DNA of 36,113 nt from an uncultured Opitutales bacterium (GTDB lineage Bacteria; Verrucomicrobiota; Verrucomicrobiia; Opitutales; JABJCN01). This document shows positions 29,856 through 36,113 of this stretch, in pieces (within the stretch, counting starts at the first letter, position 1; each line of letters opens with the position of its first letter). The position numbers and the translations under genes are program-made. The notes below the pieces were generated by a model. The model was not told the origin of the DNA, did not search any database, and saw only the letters and a program-made list of their open reading frames with translations. The stretch spans positions 1 to 36,113 of the forward strand of contig CAYSOI010000005.1 in assembly GCA_964432425.1 (NCBI GenBank), read 5' to 3'.

Positions 29856-29953
29856 GGCAGCCAGGCTGCGTTTGCACCTATTCCGAAAAAAATTGTACAA
29901 TCCCATTGACAGATTCCTCGGGATTCTCATCTTCGATTCACTCATTTAACTTT

Positions 29954-30029
29954 GCGGGCGTAGCTTAGCTGGTAGAGCGCCACCTTGCCAAGGTGGAGGT
30001 CGAGAGTTCGAATCTCTTCGCCCGCTCCA
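29954..30029 (+). tRNA. tRNA-Gly (anticodon GCC), genomically encoded CCA
   Basis: Manual cloverleaf: acceptor GCGGGCG/CGCCCGC, D-arm GCTT..GAGC, anticodon stem CCACC/GGTGG with loop TTGCCAA, variable loop AGGTC, T-arm GAGAG-TTCGAAT-CTCTT, discriminator T, then CCA. 76 nt. Confidence 0.93.
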
Positions 30030-30048
30030 TTTTTTTCTCATCCAGAAT

Positions 30049-30726
30049 ATGATAGCTGGTGAACTTTGGAGCCTCCCGAAACATTTCCCGTTTCGGGATT
30101 TTTTTGACCCTGATGCCGCCCCTTGGGAATGGTTGCCCAAAATTAAGGAAGCCTTGGCGGATACGATTTTCCCTTCGCAGGAAGCCTGGGATGTACCGCC
30201 CGGGCTGACGATTGTCGGAGATGTTTTTCTTGGAAAAGGGGTGAAGCTGCCGCCTTATGGCTTTCTTCAAGGGCCAGCTTGGATTGGTGCGGAATGTGAG
30301 CTGCGCCCTGGTGTGTACATTCGGGGCAATGTGATTGTTGGGCAGGGATGTGTGCTGGGAAATTCCTGCGAATATAAGAACTGCCTGCTGCTGGATGGAG
30401 TGCAAACTCCCCACTATAACTACGTTGGCGATTCGATCCTTGGCAATAGGGCTCACCTTGGCGCCGGAGTGATTCTTTCCAATTTGCGTCTCGATCAAGA
30501 GGCGATCAAAGTCATGACAAGCGAGGGCAAAGTTTCCACTGGCTTGCGAAAACTCGGGGCTCTCATGGCTGACGACTCAGAAGTGGGCTGCAATTCCAGC
30601 TTGCAACCTGGCACCATCCTTGGACGCAAATCGATTGTCTTTCCCAATTTGCCTTATTCCGGAACTTTGGCAGATGGCATGATGGCTGCCTCCAGGCCAG
30701 ACATCCGAGTTCTCCGGCGAAAGTAA
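30049..30726 (+). CDS. Left-handed beta-helix (hexapeptide-repeat) transferase family protein
   Basis: 225-aa ORF with repeated [LIV]-G-x4 hexapeptide turns (IGAECELRPGVYIRGNVIVGQGCVLGNSCEYKNCLLLDGV..., VGDSILGNRAHLGAGVILSN). The substrate cannot be inferred by eye. Confidence 0.8.
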   Translation: MIAGELWSLPKHFPFRDFFDPDAAPWEWLPKIKEALADTIFPSQEAWDVPPGLTIVGDVFLGKGVKLPPYGFLQGPAWIGAECELRPGVYIRGNVIVGQGCVLGNSCEYKNCLLLDGVQTPHYNYVGDSILGNRAHLGAGVILSNLRLDQEAIKVMTSEGKVSTGLRKLGALMADDSEVGCNSSLQPGTILGRKSIVFPNLPYSGTLADGMMAASRPDIRVLRRK

Positions 30727-30739
30727 AATCGACAGGTTC

Positions 30740-31846
30740 TCAGCCCAGTCTCTCGATCACCCAGTAAGCTCCCATAATTGTGATGCAGAGGGACACTGGG
30801 ATGACGATAAACCTTCTGTATTCCTCCTTTTGAATAAACGGAAGAGTCAACACCCATGCGATCAACAACACAGCCAACTGACCTAATTCGACCCCGATGT
30901 TGAAACCCAGAAGGCCAGCGATCAATGCGGTGGGATTGAGATCCAAGTCGCTTAGTGCACTGGCAAAACCCAGGCCATGGATCAATCCAAGTACAAAAAT
31001 GATCACAAGCCGGTCATTGGTATAAACTGGCCGGAAGATATTTTGTAGAGCAACGACACAGATGCTGGCCGCTATGACGATCTCCACCGGCTTAATTGGC
31101 ACATTGACAATATCGAGAGTGGCTAAGCCCAAGGTAATGGTATGGGCCAGGGTGAACATGGTGACCTGAAGCAACAAGGGCTTCCATCTTCTCGATAGTA
31201 GAAAGATCCCTAGGACAAAGAGAATGTGATCCAGGCCCAGTGGTAGAACATGGACGAATCCTTGTCTGAAAAAGGATTTTAACGTGATCCAAGGTCCTGG
31301 CGGCCTCACACGGGTAATATCGACTTGAAGGCTTTCCTCTCCAGGAAACAGGATTTGAACGTCTGTTTGAGCTTCTCCTTCAATTGAATTCTTACAGAAA
31401 ATGACCCAATCCGCAGTTTCCAGAGCCCTAATGTTGAATAGGGTATTTGTGTGGTGTAGATGGGTTTCCCAAGTTGCCCGGATTGTAAACTCGTCTTCCG
31501 GGTTCACCAACTCACCTTCGATTCGATTGGCAAAAGTATATTCAAATTCTGGAAGAAACCAACTCTCCGGCTCAAACTTTAACTCAAGGGATTTGGCAAT
31601 CAGAGCTTTGGCTTTTTGAAAGAGTTCTTCTCGTTTCTCAGCACTGAGTGCTTCCAGATCTTTCATTGTCTGATATGGAATTGCCTCTGGGTCATCCACA
31701 AAGCAGCGGGGATCGACATCAACAGAGATCACCGTGGCTCCACCTTTGGTGAAATCACCGTGTACCGGAATGTCTGGGATTGGATGGCCCATCATTACCA
31801 TGGGCAAACACATGAACAGAAACAGAAACTTCTTACTGGGAAGCAT
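30740..31846 (-). CDS. HupE/UreJ-family membrane protein with about 190-aa N-terminal periplasmic domain
   Basis: 368-aa ORF with a signal peptide (KKFLFLFMCLPMVMMG), a soluble N-terminal region, then the HupE_UreJ_2-like motif GFVHVLPLGLDHILFVLGIFLL and roughly 6 TM helices. Confidence 0.8.
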   Translation of the reverse strand: MLPSKKFLFLFMCLPMVMMGHPIPDIPVHGDFTKGGATVISVDVDPRCFVDDPEAIPYQTMKDLEALSAEKREELFQKAKALIAKSLELKFEPESWFLPEFEYTFANRIEGELVNPEDEFTIRATWETHLHHTNTLFNIRALETADWVIFCKNSIEGEAQTDVQILFPGEESLQVDITRVRPPGPWITLKSFFRQGFVHVLPLGLDHILFVLGIFLLSRRWKPLLLQVTMFTLAHTITLGLATLDIVNVPIKPVEIVIAASICVVALQNIFRPVYTNDRLVIIFVLGLIHGLGFASALSDLDLNPTALIAGLLGFNIGVELGQLAVLLIAWVLTLPFIQKEEYRRFIVIPVSLCITIMGAYWVIERLG

Positions 31847-31932
31847 AGCAGGATTGTTGGTTTAAAAAATTGGGCGGAGCAAACTGTGCTTGACCTGTCT
31901 TTCCGTCAAAGACTATTTGCTCCTGTTGATTT

Positions 31933-31962
31933 TTGCCCAATCTTGCATACATTATTTATACT
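31933..31962 (+). promoter_or_regulatory. Candidate sigma70-type promoter for cysS (TTGCCC-N18-TATACT)
   Basis: Hexamers read by eye at 31933-31938 and 31957-31962 in the 320-bp divergent intergenic region. The -35 match is only 3/6 and the spacer is 18 nt. No experimental support. Confidence 0.25.
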
Positions 31963-32053
31963 CTCCCCTTAGAATTCTCCCTCGACATTTTTCAGTGGGA
32001 GCCACACAAATAAACTTTCTGCCCCCTACACCTTCTATTCCCTTTTAGCTAAC

Positions 32054-32079
32054 AGAAGCCTTCGGAAACGGAGGCTTCT
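32054..32079 (+). other. Perfect 8-bp stem / 10-nt loop hairpin in the cysS 5' region
   Basis: agaagcct-tcggaaacgg-aggcttct followed by ttgcg. It lies 88 nt upstream of the cysS ATG (32167). The U-tract is too short for a classical intrinsic terminator. Confidence 0.35.
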
Positions 32080-32166
32080 TTGCGATTGGGAACCAGAACT
32101 CAGGAATTTGCATTGTCTCCTTGTCATGGCGGCACAATCATACATGCTCCCCGCCCTTCGAAACCA

Positions 32167-33621
32167 ATGGACACCATTCTCCATAATACACTGACCCGAA
32201 AACGAGAGCCCCTGAAGTCGCAGGATTCCTCAGGAACCATCGGCTTTTATTGTTGTGGGCCCACCGTCTACGGACCTGCTCACATTGGCAACTTTCGTAC
32301 TTTTTTGCTGCAGGATACCTTACGTCGGGTTTTGGAAATGGAAGGGAAGGAGCTCAATCACGTCCGCAATCTTACCGACGTGGATGACAAGACGATCCGC
32401 CAGTCCATCGCCGAGGGGGAATCCCTGACCAACTTTACCAAATACTGGACCGAGAAGTTTCACCAAGATTGTGAGCGACTGAATATGCTGCAGCCTCATC
32501 ACGAACCTGCCGCCACCACTCACATCCAGGAACAGATTGATTTGATCCAGACGCTTCTGGACAAGGATCACGCCTACACCACCAACGATGGTTCCGTGTA
32601 CTTCCGCATCTCATCCTATCCCGAGTACGGCAGGCTCAGCAACCTGGACAATCGGGAAACCCAGACTCAGGAGACCACCAGTTCTGGCGATCGCAATGAT
32701 GCGGATGAATATGACCGCGAGACTGTAGCCGATTTTGCCCTCTGGAAATCGTACAAAGAAGAAGACGGCGACAATTCCTGGGACAGCCCCTGGGGAAAAG
32801 GTCGTCCGGGCTGGCACATTGAGTGTAGTGCCATGAGCATGAAATACCTTGGGGAAACCTTTGATATTCATGGCGGTGGTGTAGATCTTTGCTTCCCTCA
32901 CCACGAAAACGAAATCGCCCAATCTCAGTGTGCAACTTGCAAACCTTTTGTCGCACACTGGTTTCACACTGCCCACCTGATGGTTGAAGGTGGCAAGATG
33001 AGCAAAAGCCTGGGCAATCTTTACACACTCGAAGACATCATTGCGAAAGGGCACACCGCACAGGAGCTTCGTTATCTTCTCCTTTCTGGAAGTTATCGCC
33101 AGCCTTTAAACTTCACCATGGCGGGTCTCAACGCTGCTCATTCCGCATTGGAGAAACTTCAGAAACAGGTCCTTCCTGTTCTGGAAGTTGCTGGAATCTC
33201 ACCAGAGGAATTCCTGGATTTGCCCACCACTGCGCCGGAAGGCGACATGCAGTTTTTCCAAAAAGCCCGGGCTAATCTCAATCACGATCTCAACACTCCG
33301 GCAGCCCTCGGAAATCTCTTCTCTGCTCTCAAGACGCTTCATAGCAACCCTCCCAAGGAAAAGGCCGAGGCTCTGACAGCATTGACGGAGCTGCACACGG
33401 TGCTCACAGCTCTTGGCATTCGCCTCGAAATTCAATTTCCTGAGGAACAGCCCAAAGTCGAAGCTCCCGCCGAGATCGAAGAACTTGCTCAAAAACGCTG
33501 GCAAGCCAAGCAGGACAAAGACTGGGGGACCGCCGATGAACTTCGAAATGAACTCCACCATAAAGGCTGGCAAATCCTTGACCGAAAAGACGGTTACGAC
33601 CTTGCTCCAATAGAAAACTAA
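32167..33621 (+). CDS. cysS: Cysteinyl-tRNA synthetase
   Basis: Class I motifs HIGN ([17 protein letters not shown]) and KMSKS ([10 protein letters not shown]), plus the zinc/Cys-binding context [11 protein letters not shown] 32167 ([12 protein letters not shown]) is preferred over the TTG 32080 of the ORF track. Confidence 0.95.
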   Translation: MDTILHNTLTRKREPLKSQDSSGTIGFYCCGPTVYGPAHIGNFRTFLLQDTLRRVLEMEGKELNHVRNLTDVDDKTIRQSIAEGESLTNFTKYWTEKFHQDCERLNMLQPHHEPAATTHIQEQIDLIQTLLDKDHAYTTNDGSVYFRISSYPEYGRLSNLDNRETQTQETTSSGDRNDADEYDRETVADFALWKSYKEEDGDNSWDSPWGKGRPGWHIECSAMSMKYLGETFDIHGGGVDLCFPHHENEIAQSQCATCKPFVAHWFHTAHLMVEGGKMSKSLGNLYTLEDIIAKGHTAQELRYLLLSGSYRQPLNFTMAGLNAAHSALEKLQKQVLPVLEVAGISPEEFLDLPTTAPEGDMQFFQKARANLNHDLNTPAALGNLFSALKTLHSNPPKEKAEALTALTELHTVLTALGIRLEIQFPEEQPKVEAPAEIEELAQKRWQAKQDKDWGTADELRNELHHKGWQILDRKDGYDLAPIEN

Positions 33622-33637
33622 TTTACCAATAAATACC

Positions 33638-35458
33638 ATGATGACTCCTCTCGAAGAAATTCGTCATTCCAGTGCCCACATTCTCGCTACTGCGATCCTC
33701 CGGCTTTTCCCGGATACGCAGCTCGATATCGGTCCGCCAACCGACACTGGATTCTACTATGACGTGGACATGGATCACAAACTCTCGATGGAGGATCTCG
33801 AAGCCATTGAGGCCGAGATGAAGAAGGTGATCAAAGAGAATCAACGCTTTGAAAGAATCGAAGTTTCCCGCGACGAAGCTATCCAAATTATCAAGGATGC
33901 TGGCCAGGAACGTTACAAACTTGGCCGCCTGGAAGATATTCCGGAAGGGGAGGCGATTTCCTTTTACCGCAACGGTGAGTTTATCGATCTCTGTGCCGGA
34001 ACTCACGTTAACTACACCAAGAAGGTCAAAGCTTTCAAACTGCTCTCCATTGCTGGTGCATACCACCGTGGTGATGAGAAAAACAAACAGCTCCAGCGTG
34101 TTTACGGTACAGCATTTGCCACCAAAGACGAATTGGCGGAATACTTGCAGCAACTGGAAGAAGCCCGACAACGTGACCACCGTAAGATTGGTAAAGAGAT
34201 GGGGCTGTTTGAAATCAGCGACAAAGTGGGGCAAGGCTTGGTTCTCTGGAAACCTGCCGGAGCGACTCTTCGCCAGGAATTGCAGGATTTCATTACTGAA
34301 GAGCTGGACAAACAGGGCTACTCCCAGGTTTTCACACCTCACATTGGTAAGCTCGATCTTTACCGCACCTCTGGACACTTTCCTTACTACAAAGATTCTC
34401 AGTTTGCTCCAGTCATGGAGCCGGATGATTTGCAGAGCCTGGCAGATGAGGGTTGTTCCTGCTCCAGCCTGATGAACAAACTGGATGATGCCACACTCAA
34501 CGGCTTCTTGCTCAAGCCAATGAATTGTCCGATGCACATCAAAATTTATGATTCCGAGCCACGTTCTTATCGGGATCTTCCCATTCGTTTGGCTGAATTC
34601 GGAACGGTTTACCGTTGGGAACAATCCGGCGAACTCAACGGCATGACCCGTGTCCGGGGCTTCACCCAGGATGATGCTCACCTCTTTGTGACCCCCGATC
34701 AATTGGCCGACGAAATCCGAGGATGTCTCCAACTTGCCAAGATCGTTCTTTCCACTCTCGGAATGGAAGATTATCGGGTCCGGGTCAGTCTTCGGGATCC
34801 CGATTCTTCCAAGTACATTGGAAAACCTGAAGACTGGGATAAAGCGGAAACGGACCTCCGTCTGGCGGTCAAGGAGTTGGGTGTCAACTACACTGAAGAG
34901 CCTGGAGAAGCCGCTTTCTATGGTCCCAAAATCGACTTTGTGGTCAAAGATGTGATCGGACGTGAATGGCAATTGGGGACTGTGCAGGTCGATTACAATC
35001 TGCCCGAACGCTTTGAGCTGGAATACACAGGCTCTGACAACAAGCCCCATCGCCCCATCATGATTCACCGTGCACCTTTCGGCTCGATGGAACGATTTGT
35101 TGGGGTTCTGATCGAGCATTTCGCTGGAAATTTCCCACTGTGGTTGGCTCCTGAGCAAATCCGCATCCTTCCCATCAGTGATAAGTTCAACGAGTATGCC
35201 GAATCCATTCTGGCACTTTGTAAGGAAAATGGAATCCGCAGCACGATGGATGTTCACAGTGACAAGCTTGGTGCCAAGATTCGCAGAGCTGAAACCGACA
35301 AAGTTCCCTACATGCTGATTGCCGGGCAGAAGGAGCAGGAAGAAAAGAATGTTTCCCTCCGGTCCAGAACTCACAAGTCGAAAGAAGGCACCTACTCCCA
35401 GGAGGAATTCCTTCAACTGATTCAGGGGCAAATCAGTAACCGGGATCTTCCCGAATAA
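33638..35458 (+). CDS. thrS: Threonyl-tRNA synthetase lacking the N-terminal TGS domain
   Basis: 606-aa ORF that starts at the editing (N2) domain (EEIRHSSAHILA....FP......GPP...GFYYD). Class II core: KPMNCP.H, FGT.YR.E.SG.L.G..RVRGFTQDDAH.F, GPKIDF, HRA..GS.ERF.G.LIEH.AG.FP.WLAP. Anticodon-binding domain is present. Confidence 0.95.
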   Translation: MMTPLEEIRHSSAHILATAILRLFPDTQLDIGPPTDTGFYYDVDMDHKLSMEDLEAIEAEMKKVIKENQRFERIEVSRDEAIQIIKDAGQERYKLGRLEDIPEGEAISFYRNGEFIDLCAGTHVNYTKKVKAFKLLSIAGAYHRGDEKNKQLQRVYGTAFATKDELAEYLQQLEEARQRDHRKIGKEMGLFEISDKVGQGLVLWKPAGATLRQELQDFITEELDKQGYSQVFTPHIGKLDLYRTSGHFPYYKDSQFAPVMEPDDLQSLADEGCSCSSLMNKLDDATLNGFLLKPMNCPMHIKIYDSEPRSYRDLPIRLAEFGTVYRWEQSGELNGMTRVRGFTQDDAHLFVTPDQLADEIRGCLQLAKIVLSTLGMEDYRVRVSLRDPDSSKYIGKPEDWDKAETDLRLAVKELGVNYTEEPGEAAFYGPKIDFVVKDVIGREWQLGTVQVDYNLPERFELEYTGSDNKPHRPIMIHRAPFGSMERFVGVLIEHFAGNFPLWLAPEQIRILPISDKFNEYAESILALCKENGIRSTMDVHSDKLGAKIRRAETDKVPYMLIAGQKEQEEKNVSLRSRTHKSKEGTYSQEEFLQLIQGQISNRDLPE

Positions 35459-35616
35459 ATGTCGTGCTGGGATTTCAGGTTGCTGTGTGAAGTTCTGGAA
35501 TTGCCACCGTTTCGCATTTTTCTCATTCTGAGATTCTCCACTTTCACTAAGGTTCCTTGCATTCTGCTTTGAGCTGACGTGAATCCTCCTGACCTCGAAT
35601 ATCTGACCTTTGCAAA

Positions 35617-36113
35617 ATGACCTGGGAAATCCCATTTGTCATCCTTCTGCTCTTGCTTGCTCTGGCCAGTTTTATTCTGGAGCGGATTCCCACAGATCTT
35701 ACGGCGTTGACGGTGGTGGCCGTTCTGCTGCTGGTTCAGAATTTTACCAAGAGTGAAGCCCTGCCGAACCTGGTGGAAACCTTTCATGTTTTCACCAATC
35801 CTGCGCCGATCACCATTGCTGCCATGTTCATCATCAGTGCCGCAGTACAAAACTGTGGGGCAGTGGAGACTCTCTCCGCATGGTGCGAAAAGGCGACCAA
35901 GTATGGTTATCATGTTTTCCTGCTGTTTATGATGTTGCTGATTGCCTGTGTCTCCGGGTTTGTGAACAACACACCGGTCGTTGTGATCCTGCTTCCTGTC
36001 ATCATTGCACTGGCCAAGAAAATTGATAAACCTGCCTCCAAGCTGCTCATTCCCTTATCCTACGCTTCGATTCTGGGGGGGACGTGTACTTTGATCGGAA
36101 CCAGTACCAACAT
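35617..36113 (+). CDS. SLC13/DASS-family (CitT/ArsB-like) permease, N-terminal fragment running off the window
   Basis: The frame is open from ATG 35617 to the window end. Translation MTWEIPFVILLLLLALASFILERIPTDLTALTVVAVLLL...FVNNTPVVVILLPVIIALAKK...LIPLSYASILGGTCTLIGTSTN matches the typical SLC13-permease N-terminal pattern. It is not in the ORF track because no stop is reached. Confidence 0.7.
   Translation, partial: MTWEIPFVILLLLLALASFILERIPTDLTALTVVAVLLLVQNFTKSEALPNLVETFHVFTNPAPITIAAMFIISAAVQNCGAVETLSAWCEKATKYGYHVFLLFMMLLIACVSGFVNNTPVVVILLPVIIALAKKIDKPASKLLIPLSYASILGGTCTLIGTSTN

Noticed and set aside
29906-29911. A perfect TTGACA -35 hexamer upstream of tRNA-Gly.
   Set aside because: No acceptable -10 hexamer lies 16-19 nt downstream (atcttc / tcttcg). 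I therefore cannot call a promoter from it.
33623-35635. 670-aa ORF on the minus strand, the longest unexplained ORF in the track.
   Set aside because: It is entirely antisense to thrS, whose product has unmistakable class II aaRS motifs. Its translation has no recognisable motifs and a skewed composition typical of shadow ORFs opposite highly expressed genes.

Overview
The window is mostly core housekeeping DNA. Positions 1-18391 (+ strand) hold the ribosomal-protein superoperon: the 3' end of rpsL, rpsG, fusA, then the S10/spc/alpha clusters (rpsJ through rplQ, including secY, map and rpoA). Downstream lie a small TM+zinc-ribbon ORF, guaA, a secreted hypothetical, and hisD-hisC-hisB-hisH. 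A convergent VC0807-like membrane protein follows. Next is an apparent operon: standalone coaB, a soluble PAS histidine kinase, a sigma54-type enhancer-binding response regulator, and a PstS-like secreted binding protein. After that come tRNA-Gly(GCC), a left-handed-beta-helix transferase, a convergent HupE/UreJ-type membrane protein, cysS, thrS, and the 5' part of an SLC13/DASS permease. I saw no CRISPR array, transposase, integrase, phage genes or long repeats. Protein sequences give an impression of a PVC-superphylum (Verrucomicrobiota-like) genome, but that is inference only. I found no convincing novel multi-gene system. The features worth a second look are these. (1) Long low-complexity or helical extensions on uS11 (N-terminus), bL17 (C-terminus) and uL29 (C-terminus), and a SecY C-terminal extension carrying an extra predicted TM helix. 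(2) Near absence of Shine-Dalgarno motifs. (3) Absence of tuf, rpmD, adk, infA and rpmJ from their canonical slots. (4) An unannotatable TM+zinc-ribbon miniprotein directly after rplQ. (5) The coaB/HK/EBP/orphan-binding-protein operon with two weak sigma54-like motifs nearby. (6) A roughly 200-nt cysS leader containing a hairpin.
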